A stretch of DNA of 64,000 nucleotides, taken from the NCBI GenBank assembly GCA_973851085.1, contig OZ316776.1:14446001-14510000 (forward strand). Direction: 5' to 3'. The notes under the pieces are model-generated. The model was not told the DNA's origin. It saw only the letters and a program-made list of their open reading frames with translations, and did no database searches. Each line of letters begins with the position of its first letter. The first letter of the stretch is position 1. Positions 53,524-64,000 of this stretch are shown one piece after another. This DNA is from Ptychomitrium polyphyllum. Lineage: Eukaryota. The translations under genes and the position numbers were made by a program.

Positions 53524-54647
53524 GGCGCTCGCTCACTAGAACAACCAGTCTCCACAAATGCTCCTGCAGACAGAATCACGTCCAGTTGTTGCAACTTGGA
53601 GCTCCAACAGGTTGAAGCGTGAAGACGCTCTGAAAAGACAGGTACTTCACCAATTAGGACGCGGAGAAGAGCGCCGTGACCGCGAGAGCGAGGTGGAGGT
53701 CCAAAACGACGTGCAGAATTGCGAGGACCAGCGCATTGCGGCGATCGAGCGATGATTCCCACAACATTCAAGCGTTCTCTCTCTCTCTCGCTCCCTCTGC
53801 TGCCCTGGAAACACTAGCAATTGGCGTTTCGAGAGGGTTTCGAGTTTGGGAACCAGAATTCCATCCATATGAAACCCAAGTATACCCAAAACCGTCACCG
53901 CTTCCAACTCCGACATCATCTACAGCTTTTCGAATTCTTCGTAGAAATAAATATTTTCATAGATAATGGTGGTTTCATGACTATCACTAGGCACTTGTTC
54001 CGCAGTCTCTACAAGAAGTGTTAATTTCAGAGAATTGAATGAATGAATAAATGCCCTCAGTAGATGATGTCGGGGTTTTGTATGGTGACGGTTCTGTGTA
54101 TGTGTGTGTACATGCCGTGATTTTGGTTCTCAATCGCGTGGGAACGGATAGCCGGTTGGACTTTGGAGGATGGGGATGGATGGTGGATGATTTTTGTCCG
54201 TGCGGGGGAGAGAGGGTTCCCGTGCCCGTGATACCTGACTGGCTGGTTCAATTATGGGTACAAAGCGGCACCTATGACCGGTGTGCCGTACGTGCCTTTG
54301 AGCCTGAGTTCATTGGTGCAGTACCCCAAATTCCAAGCAATGCAGTGACACTAAATATGTTTATAATCTTCTTCAGTGATCCTTCTGCACACGCTCTCTC
54401 ACTCAAGATTGTTATAATTCCGCCTTCCAAAAGCATAATTTCCATATTGAACTGACAATCAAGGGAATTGTGCGCCAAGTCACCAAACTGCACTCATGCA
54501 TTCAAAACCACACGCCTTCACTGTTTCTCATTTTTTTAATGTAAAAATCACTTGCTTTAAATCATTAAAAAGGTTATGTATGTTATTTGAAATACTAATG
54601 TGTTCTTGAAATAAAAATATTCTGATAATGCATACAACTATGTTCTT

Positions 54648-54678
54648 GAAACTCTATGTTATTGAAACATAGAGTTTC
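54648..54678. repeat. Perfect 13-bp inverted repeat with a 5-nt loop
   Basis: gaaactctatgtt-attga-aacatagagtttc. Confidence 0.85.
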
Positions 54679-55169
54679 TATAGATATTTATCATATTTTT
54701 GAGATTATGAGTTGTCACTTATGTCTGCATAATTTGTATGCTTTCCATTTTCCATGTTGCATTACAAATGGAAAATGTTGAGTGTGAGACATGCAGCTAA
54801 CAAAGATGCTTTTTTGGAGAGGATTGTTAAATAGTTTCTAGAATTAAGGAATAAAAAGAGAGTAGTTTAGAAATAGAATTGTTTACATGTGATGCGCTTG
54901 TCATTCTATTTGAGCTTCAGTTCCCTAATTGTAATTCAAATCCACTGCTTGCATACCTCTAATGTATGAAGGCGTGAGTCTAGTTTGGCTTGGAGGTCAA
55001 ACTCCTCAATCTTCAATAGAACGCATTTCTGGAGGAATTGCAACTTTGCATGAGTACCATTTTGTTTTTCCAAAGGAGGCTTTCCGAGGGGTCCCTGAAG
55101 AATGGTATGGCTTATTTGGACTGGCCCTAATTCTAGTGTCACTACTGTGTGAGTTGAGCAACAAGAGTA

Positions 55170-56370
55170 CTGGTATGATGTCAGGTGATATTTTGAGCTG
55201 GAGTGTGTGGGGTCTTAACTCAGTTGGCCTGGCAGACTGGCATTGATATCATTTCTGCAGAGCACTTCTAGGTGTGTTTCTGGAATAGTGTTCTCAGTGA
55301 GGAAACAGAATAGTTGAATTCATTCAGGGCACATGCAGACTATCACCAGAGTTGTGTGAAGAAGGAATGAGGTGCATGCGGTGGTGAGAGGCAGGCAGGA
55401 ATCTGAAATAGAGGACTGTTTGCCTGCACAAGATGTCTTATTGTATGTTTCAGTCTGTGAGTACCTTATCTGCATTCACTAAGCTCCAACTTGTATGTTT
55501 TGCCTGTAATTTGGAGTGATCTAAATTGCATCACAGCTAATTTGTGTGGATTGAAGCAAGGCAATGGAGGAGCACATGTGTTATTATTCAGGGTTACCGG
55601 ATCTCAGTTCTCAGTATTTGCTCCATAATTTCATTGCTTCTCAAGTTTTTTCTTCCTTTTTGTTTCCTGTATATTTTTCAGGTACGTTTTCTGTTCTCTG
55701 TGCTACACTGAAGAGCAAGCTCATGGCACACAGCTTCCTTATAATTTGATAGACTCTCCACTTTCCTTTCTAGTACACTCTTCTTGATTCACAACTAATT
55801 TTTGCAAAAGCTTCATCTTCTACAGGTACTTCATGGTTTAAAGGAGCCTTGCTCTTGCCAGTAAGTATGTTGGAAGTAGACCAATCAAGCTGTTACTTAA
55901 CTCTTGTTGCTCAACTCCTATTGACATCTGCTCTTGCTTTGGCAATACAGGATACGGCTCTTCTCTAACTCTTCATGGTGATAGTTCTGGAAGTCGGCAG
56001 AGATATGGCAGAATTCTCTAGTTGAACCTGGGATTCAAAGTTTCTGCAATATCCTCCCCAACACTGTTTACATTGAAGGTCTGAGTTGCTTATTATCTCT
56101 CTTGTAATTTGTTGTGATTTGAAATCAGCTTCCGAGCAAAGTTGTGCTTGTGGGATGGAAAAAGACTTTGTCCATGAAAGAGCTGATACAAGCGCGAGAA
56201 TATTCTCAACAATCTAGGTAATTTCTTTGCTCCCTGTTGAATCACTTGGGGAGTTACAATAGGTTTGTGGAATTCAAAAAAGTGCACTGATGAGCTTGTT
56301 CCATAGATCTCAAGAGCAGTGTGGGCAGGTGATCATAATCAGGATAAGAAGACATTCACTGTAGATGTTG
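55170..56370 (+). mobile_element. Heavily deleted L1-type LINE ORF2 fossil
   Basis: Collinear remnants: ILSWSVWGLNS (~55190; endonuclease ILSWNVRGLN), RPIKLLLNS (~55878; RT RPISLLN), FRAKLCLWDGKRL (~56130; KLxxWxxKxLS) and AVWAGDHNQDKK (~56316; FLWxG). Spacing is much shorter than in an intact ORF2. Confidence 0.5.
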
Positions 56371-59300
56371 ATAGAATTTGGCACGGGATAGGCAGATGTG
56401 GCACTTATCGATAACTGCAACCTATCCACCCATCACAGGCAAACGTAATAAAAATGTGAAAAAGGTCTTTAGGACACAGTTGGACCCACAGTCACTCTGT
56501 ACCATGTTAGAGTAATTTGTAAACTCAATCCTTTTCTCAACCAACATATCACTAGTAATCTAATCTCCTTTTCATGTTATTTATGTTTATGATTTGAGCT
56601 TGTACTTGAATGTCATGAAGTTTCACCGACTATGATTGGCACGAATGTTCCAATACTGCATCGTTAGTCACTCATCCACTTTCTATAGTAAACAAAATGA
56701 CTTTACAAATAGTTTTATTCACATAATCATTTTAGGATATAGAATATGAAAGACCTATGAATGGACATTTACAAAGTTGCAAGCTACATGTTGAAATTTG
56801 AGAATCACTTAAATTTGGACATGTAAGAATTTGAAATTGCATGTCATCCATGGTTATCATTAATAGAAGTTATTTCTGAAGAAAGATTTTAGACCTCTGA
56901 AAATTGGAATTTAGGAATTAAATCACGAAACTAGAGTTATGTCGTCATGCTTTTCAGTATCACATGCTCTCACTCTCATTTATTATTGATTTCTGAGAAG
57001 ACAGAAATGAACAGACACTCTATTTGCTTTTACCCCTTTGGAGAGCAAAGTTCTACTACTATTTCTGTTTCCCATTTTCAGGTGTGGGCAAATTTCTTCA
57101 TCTGTTGAAGTATGTCTTGACCTGCCAAATCAGTTTGGAGAACTTGAATACAGTAAATTTGAACTCAGACAGAGGGGCCAGCTTCAAAAAGTTAATGTGA
57201 TCCTGGCCATTGCTCCAGCCTGATTCGGTCATGAACAATCCTCATACTTGAACAACTTGGTATTGGATAACTTATTTTAATAAAGCAAATCATTGGTACT
57301 ATTGGCCAACTTGTTATGGATATGAATGTTAATAATATGAAAAGAAGGCATGATCCTATTTGCATCCAATTTCAATCTATTATCACCAATCATCAAGTTT
57401 ATTGGCATGATAATTTCTAGCCTTTTAGTAGATGGGGGTCATGGGTCTGCATAACAATGGGCTGTTCTTCCATGCTTCCAGTCACTGCTAGTAACATGAC
57501 ACTGGTAATTTTGTAAGCACATCTTGATTAATTGAGTCATAAGAAGTCTGTGCAAATACCTGAAGTATGGGTGTTTGTTGTTTACACAGCAAAAGAAGAA
57601 CAATTCATTACAGTACTATTGCAAAGCCACTGGCAAGGCAGCTTGTAACTGAATTGCATGCTCCATGAAACACCACTGAGTGTTTCCACATCACCCCATG
57701 TAAATGGTTTGGTGTTGACCTCTGAAACCAGTGACTCTGTTTATAGCAGTAGGTTGCATGTCAAATTCTTACTGTAATTGTAGGTCATGCAATTTTGAGA
57801 GTAGTTGTTGTGTGCTTTTGAGGTGGCCTTGACCATAGCATACTTTAGCTACTATAACAGGTTTTCACCTTTTCTGTGAGTGTTATAGCTAGACATTTCT
57901 ATATGAAAATCCAATCCACCAAAACAAAATTAAGAAAACAATGCGCAGACCTCTTTTTAACAGGAATGAATAGGAGAAGTTTTTGGATTAGAATGGATTT
58001 CTGTGATCTCTTGATGTTGTAAATAATGAAAATAACAAGTTCTAATAACACAAAATAAACATAGTAGAAATTTGCTCATTTTTGTACATTTGTTGAGTCA
58101 ATTCCTTTTGATATTTTATATATTAGATACCATAACGACGAATTTAAATCTAATTCAATTGCATAGAAGTGATATGTATCCATAGAAAATACTATGTTAA
58201 GTGCAACATGAGGAATGATTCTAAGTTAACTTCACCTATTTCAAATAGTGCAAGCACTGTACACTTTTTGTTGAATTAATATTTTGTAATAATTTTATTT
58301 GATTCATAAATTATTACTTTTAAATTGTCACTCAAATATTAAAAATGAAATTTTCAAGATTTTTGAGTTTTAATGTAAACTGATAATTTACTTTACAATG
58401 GTATCATCAACCTTTTGTTACTCAAACTTTTGGAATTCACTCTAGAATTACTTTAAAAAGCATCACAAACCATTTTAAAGTGCATTCCCTACCATTCTTT
58501 CCAAATTTGTCACCATATTATTCCATTTGTATTGACAATGCAATGTTTGATCCATATGAACTTTGCTTAATAACATAGCTTGTTCAACAAGCACTGCACT
58601 CTAATGCTTTAGCTATCTTCTTCAAGGTTTTTATATTACTATTGCTATTTGAATAGTTGATGCTTAATTCTTGGTTATTAATGAACTATAAGAAATTTAG
58701 TAATTGCCGTGTAATCACAATCGTGTGAAATATCTAATTTTTATCAAGCAAATGTTTGTTAGCTCTTAATATGTGTCAAGATTTTTATATTCTTAAAGTT
58801 GTATTTTTTATTTTTTTGATGATGTTTTCCTACTTCTGAAATATTTATCGATTAATGCCTATGATATTAATTTTAAAGCGGATTTTGCAACATTCTTTGA
58901 TTTCCAAGTGCCGGTTCTTTTGGCATGTTTCCACTGTTGCTGACTTGACAGCCATGTCAGCAATGACTAAGATGCCACGTTGCATCTACTGCCTTCAAAT
59001 TTTTGTTCATGTTAGCTATAAATGACATGGGAATAGCACAATGCCAATTTTAGTTGATGTGGTAGTATATCTTGTGACCAAAATGTGCTTCAAAATATTT
59101 TGTATCTTAGACTTTAATATGGCCATTCCAAAAAGAATCTTCTTAGAACTCTAGAAAAAGTAAAAATGAAAACCTGAATTGAAGAAATGAGGGGTCACTT
59201 TAACTAAAGACAACTCTTGCAACCAAGGAAGTGCACTTAAAGCGCCTTAGAAGTGCTTTACATTAGAAGCCAATGGAGGACTTCACTTGAAATAATTAAA

Positions 59301-60411
59301 AATTGATCAATTGAATTGCTAAAATTCTTGAAATTGGGCCAAAACTTTACATTAAGGCATTGGCTCAATTTGCATCCATCCTATGTGGTGGCTCATGTAA
59401 CACATATTTTGCGCCAAAATTTGAATCTAAACCTTCAATTAGGGTCTTGGTGATTTGTGGCTCAATTGCAAGAAGCTGGCCGATTTCCCTCACATATTTT
59501 GGACTGCACAATCCATGGTTTTTGCCCCAACAACATGAGCAAGGCAGAGGGCATCAAGTCCACAGTGCACACACAGCTTGCAGACATTGCAGACACACCC
59601 CTTGCACATTTACAAATAGCAAACAGAATTCCAAGAGAGAGTGCATACAAACAAAGAGCACAGATAACACGGTGCAGATAGAGTGCACAAATGCATATAC
59701 AAAAAGAAATATATAGATTGCAAGCAGGCAGATAGAGCTCAAGTTTACACACAATTGCAGACAAACATGACACACCATTCCTCTGCTTAATTCTGTGGTT
59801 CTGTTTTTGCCAGCTCTCCTAGATACAATGCTTGCCATGCTTGCCATTGCATTGGATTTGACTACAGGTGCATCAGATTGGCTTTGTGTTTGTCTATGAT
59901 TAGGCAGGGCAATAGTTTTTGCACAAGTTTTGCATGGTACGTAGAGTTGCGATTTCAAGTTCAGGAGTTCATTGGACTTGGTTTTGGGATAACAGGAATC
60001 ACTCTGGAGACAACTTCCATTCTTTTGCTTCCTAAACATTATTGTTTTGTTCTTAATATGTTCTTGATTACCTTTAATGACCTTGGTATGATGCACATAT
60101 TATATGCACATGGTCAATATGGGATTGGATTGTAAAATCGGGGGTATTTTCATATCTTCAAACAGAAAGGACCCCAGAAATCTTGTGCTTCGGCCAAGTA
60201 AGCTCTGCAAAAGGTGAGCTAATATCCAAATACATGAAAACATGAATGAAGTTTTATCATGTTTGTCATTCATTGAATTTCGATTATATGTAAATTAAAA
60301 ATAGATTAATTAAAAATGAAGAGAATTGTATTGGACCTTCCAGAGACCAGTTTTTGCAAAATATGACGTGAAACCAAGAAGAGTCCATCAGAGAGAGTAA
60401 CACCTCCTGCA

Positions 60412-60878
60412 TGTTGCAAAGTGTGAAACATATAAAGTAATCCTAGTTGAAGTATCCTTGTGTAGGCTTAAAGCATGATATGTTGTTAATGGTCAAAGAG
60501 GTGTGAAGAAAGAGGCCATAGGGGATATGGAGGCTAGGGTTAAGAAAAGGCAATAAGGGTTTTGTATGGTGGCTAGGGTTAAGAAAAGGCAATAAGGGTT
60601 TTGTATGGTGGCTAGGGTTAGAGTGGCCATTAGGGTTAGGGCGGCCGTTAGGGTTAGGGTGGCGGCTACGGCAGCTAGGGTTAGGGTTAGCCGCCACATG
60701 TCACTCATATAGCGGAGGCAAATGCATGGCCGCCAAGTGGCACATTTTGGTGGATGACTCTCAAGTATAAGTAAAGGGGTTTTGGAGGTGGGAGTCATCT
60801 TGCTCCACACTTCTCTTGTTGCAACCTTGCTCTCTCTCTTCTTGCTTATTGTACTAGCTTTGTTGCATTTCTTCAATA
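60412..60878 (+). repeat. 5' LTR of the copia element, with a 39-bp internal tandem repeat and TTAGGG motifs
   Basis: Ends cttcaata (60871-60878, probably ...CAACA with C>T) directly before the PBS. The 39-bp unit starts at 60532, 60571 and 60610 (partial). Exact TTAGGG at 60630, 60636, 60648, 60654 and 60681. Confidence 0.7.
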
Positions 60879-60892
60879 GGTTATGGGCCCAC
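60879..60892 (+). promoter_or_regulatory. Primer-binding site complementary to the anticodon arm of initiator tRNA-Met (half-tRNA priming)
   Basis: GGTTATGGGCCCAC is the reverse complement of GTGGGCCCATAACC in plant tRNA-iMet. It is the same PBS type as in Drosophila copia and yeast Ty5. Confidence 0.88.
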
Positions 60893-61328
60893 TCACACTT
60901 AGTTGTGCCTTTTGAAGTAGCTTGAAGTGTTTGTATTTGTTGTTCTTGTGTGGAGCAAGATCGCTTCATAGTTATTGAAGATAGAGTTAGAGACACCTAA
61001 CTTTGATGTTTTGCACTTGTAGGTGCTTGGTTTGATGTTTCTTGAGCTCTAGTAGGATTGTGGTTGTTAAAACTCCTTGGATAGTGAGTTGCTTTGAGTG
61101 GTGATAAGACCTTGATAGTGTCTTTGTTGGATTCAAGCTCCCTAACACCATTTTGTTGTGCTTGGTGTTGTTGTCTTGTGAATTCATTGATAAGTGTGCT
61201 TATTGAGTGGACATAGTGAGTTGAAAGGTTTTTTCTTGGGACTCATAGTTGTGAAGACTTGTGAGAAGCATAAGAGTCAAGAGAATAGTTCGTTTGAAGG
61301 TTTGTTTTGTTACCTCTCTTTTTAAGGC

Positions 61329-64000
61329 ATGGCTTCGAGTGAAGGTGAAGGTTTTAGGGTCATTCAAAAGTTTCATGGTGATAACTTCTACCAATGGAAG
61401 GTTAGGATGGAGCTCTCGTTGGCTTCTTTGGAACTTTGGGACATCATAGATGAGAGTGAGGTTGCTCCACCATTGTCGGCTGATGCAAAGGAGAGGAAGG
61501 AGTTCCAACGTTGTAAGAAGAAGGCTTTTGGCATCCTTGCCACCAACCTTGATGATGCCAGCTTTGCCCATATCATCTCTTGCACAGGACCAGCAGAAGC
61601 ATGGAAGACGCTTTGCAACATCTATGAGAGCAAGAACCTCTCCAACATCATCTTTACAAAGAGGAAGCTCTTGAACTGCAAGATGGAAGAAGGCCACGAC
61701 CTCATGGCGCATGTGAACAAGTTGAAGGCCCTTGCAAGGCAACTTGCCATTGTGGACAAGCCATTGGAGGAGTCGGATGTTGTGATTACATTGCTCATGA
61801 GCTTGCCGGAGTCCTATAGCTATCTCATAGTGGCCTTGGAGTCCATTCCCATCAAGGACCTCACCATGGAATATGTGACGGCAAGATTGAGCCACGAGGA
61901 CACCAAGAGGACGGAGAAGGCGAATTCAAGTGAGGACTCCGCCCTCTTCTCGAGGCAAGGCAAGGCCACCTATTCTAATCAACGTCCAAATCTTTGAACG
62001 TGCTTTGTGTGTGGAAAACCAGGTCATTTTGCTCGAAATTGCTACAAGGCCAAGAAAGGAGAGAGGGAGGATGCCAACCATGTGATGGACCACCTTGGAG
62101 GTGGTGATTGTGCCTTCATGGCAAGCGTAGGGGCGCCTATGGCGGCCCTATCCAAGTGGATAGTTGATTCGGGCGCCACAAAGCACATGACTCCTTACAA
62201 GTGCTCATTCCATACTTATGAGGCAATTGCAGCCACTAGTGTGCTCATGGGTGACAATGGCGTGGTGGAGGCCATTGGAATGGGTTCCATTGTAGTGGAG
62301 GTTGTTGTCAGAGGCAAGACCAAGAGGATCACTTTTAAGGACGTGCTGCATGTGCCAAAGATGAAGTCCAACCTCCTTTCGGTGAGCAAACTTGTGATGG
62401 GAGGGTTTGTGGCTCATTTCAATATGAATGGATGTATTGTGAAGTCATTGAGTGGAGATGTTGTTGCCACGGGGTTGAGGGATGGCAACTTGTACTTCAT
62501 CAAGTGTAAGAAGGTGAATAGAGTGGAGGTGGCGGCCTTTGCTGAGTTCATTGAAGACCAAGACAAGTTTGGCATATGGCATGGGCGCCTTGGGCACCTT
62601 AATGTGAAGGCCATGAAGGAGCTCTAAGGCATGGTAAGCGGCTTGGATCTCAGTACAACATGCCACAAGGCAAAAGAACTTGGTTGTGAGGCTTGCATCC
62701 AAGGCAAGCAGCAAAGGGCGTCGTTTCCAAGTGGAGTGGCAACTCGTGCAAGCAAATTGTTGGAGATTGTGCATTCCGACGTGTGCGGGCCTATGAGGAC
62801 TCCATCCATCAGGGGAGCAAGGTACTTCCTCACCTTCATTGATGATTATTCGAGGAAAGTATGGGTGTTCATCCTCAAGGCCAAGAGCAAATGCTTTGCA
62901 AGATTCAAGGAATTCAAGGCGCTTGTGGAGAAGCAATGTGAGTCCAAGATCAAGGTGTTGCGTTTGGATAATGGTGGTGAGTTCTTATCCAAATTTTTTG
63001 ATGACTTCTTGAGGAGTGAAGGCATTGCAAGGCAAACCTCCACTCCATACACTCCACAACAAAATGGAGTTGCTGAGAGGGAAAATTACACCATTGTGGA
63101 GATGGCGAGGAGCATGCTTCATGCTCAACATCTTGGGCATGAATTGTGGGCGGAAGCAGTGGTGAATGCGGTATACACAAGAAATAGGTGCCCCACAAGT
63201 GCCCTTGCATCCATGACACCTGAAAAAGCTTGGAGTGGTAAGAAGCCTTATATTTCACACATGAAGACCTTCGGATGCCTTGCATATGCAAAGGTTCCAG
63301 ATTGCATGAGGTCCAAGCTTGATGCAAAGGGTACAAAGTGTGTGTTCTTTGGTTATTGTGAGGGCAACAAAGCATATAGGTTGATGTGTGTAGAGAGCAA
63401 GAAGATCATTAAGAGCCTTGATGTTGAGTTCTTGGAGCACAAGAGTGCTTGTGAGCACTTGGGGATGTGTCCAAGTGGGAGTAATGGTGTGATTGTGGAC
63501 ACATCCTCCACAACAACCAAGGATGAAGGTGGAGATATGGATGGAGGTGAAGGAACAATGGAGGGGGAGAGCAAGGCGACTTCCACCCTTAAGACCAGCA
63601 GAGGAGCCTCACAAGATGATGGTGAGCATCTTCATCCAAGTAAAGAAGATAAACCTCTAAGTGAAGGAGAAGGGGATGCATTACAAGAAGAGAGGCCTGC
63701 AATGAGTGGAAGGAGGTATTCCATGAGGGAGAGGAGGCCACCTGGTGAATGGTGGAAGAACCACATCTTTCCAAAAATGAGTGCAGAACATGCCAATGTT
63801 GCCCTCCTCGTTGATCCTTTAACTATGTGCGATGCCTTGAAGTCCACGGATGCATTGAAGTGGGAGAAGGCCATGGAAGAGGAGTACAAGTCGCTCATAG
63901 GCAATGGCACATGGCACTTGACTCAACTTCCTTTAAATCGTTCTTCCATAGGTTGCAAGTGGGTGTTTAGAACCAAGAAGGATGCTTCGGGTGCAATTGT
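61329..64000 (+). pseudogene. Copia gag-pol polyprotein with two in-frame stops
   Basis: One frame throughout: Gag (KFHGDNFYQWK, AEAWKTL, LLMSLPESY), TGA at 61995, Zn knuckle CFVCGKPGHFARNC, protease WIVDSGATKHM, GAG-pre-integrase WHGRLGH, TAA at 62625, integrase CEACIQGK/HSDVCGP/DNGGE/PQQNGVAER, and the start of RT (WEKAMEEEYKSL..NGTW..IGCKWVFRTK). Confidence 0.93.

Larger units (their letters stand above)
60412..64000 (+). mobile_element. Ty1/copia LTR retrotransposon (half-tRNA-primed, Osser/Bryco-like), truncated by the right window edge
   Basis: 5' LTR, PBS, leader, then domains in the order gag-PR-IN-RT. The left boundary is uncertain; candidate starts are 60412, ~60445 and 60481. Confidence 0.93.

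Noticed and set aside
54051..54455. 134-aa ORF divergent from PATROL1
   Set aside because: No recognisable homology or splice structure; lies in the promoter region.
60630..60690. True telomere or interstitial telomeric array
   Set aside because: Only interrupted doublets, embedded in an LTR upstream of a PBS.
60879..60892. tRNA-Met gene
   Set aside because: Only 14 nt of complementarity and no cloverleaf; it is a PBS.
60443..60996. Minus-strand ORFs with PNP/TLTL repeats
   Set aside because: Translation artefacts of the TAGGGT repeats in the LTR.
61200..63910. Minus-strand ORFs over the retrotransposon
   Set aside because: Antisense shadows of gag-pol.

Overview
Eukaryotic land-plant genomic DNA, most likely a moss (inferred from intron style, GC-rich genes set in very AT-rich decayed-TE spacers, and the TE lineages present). 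No rRNA, tRNA or CRISPR loci were seen. Seven protein-coding genes could be reconstructed by hand: formate-tetrahydrofolate ligase (-, runs off the left edge), an intronless dienelactone-hydrolase-family enzyme (+), a divergent 3-ketoacyl-CoA synthase (+), a divergent acyl-CoA-binding protein with an extra partly duplicated exon (-), a TFIIS-central/SPOC-domain protein (-), a DUF4504/C1orf74-like protein (-) and PATROL1/Munc13-like (-). The window ends in a Ty1/copia retrotransposon. It has a half-tRNA-iMet primer-binding site, TTAGGG telomere-like motifs in its 5' LTR and two C>T-type nonsense codons. The spacers hold fossils: a piggyBac-like transposase, a gypsy-type LTR, an LRR-receptor-kinase pseudogene, a LINE remnant, an unidentified decayed reading frame and several tandem repeats. 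All family calls rest on motif recognition, not database searches.
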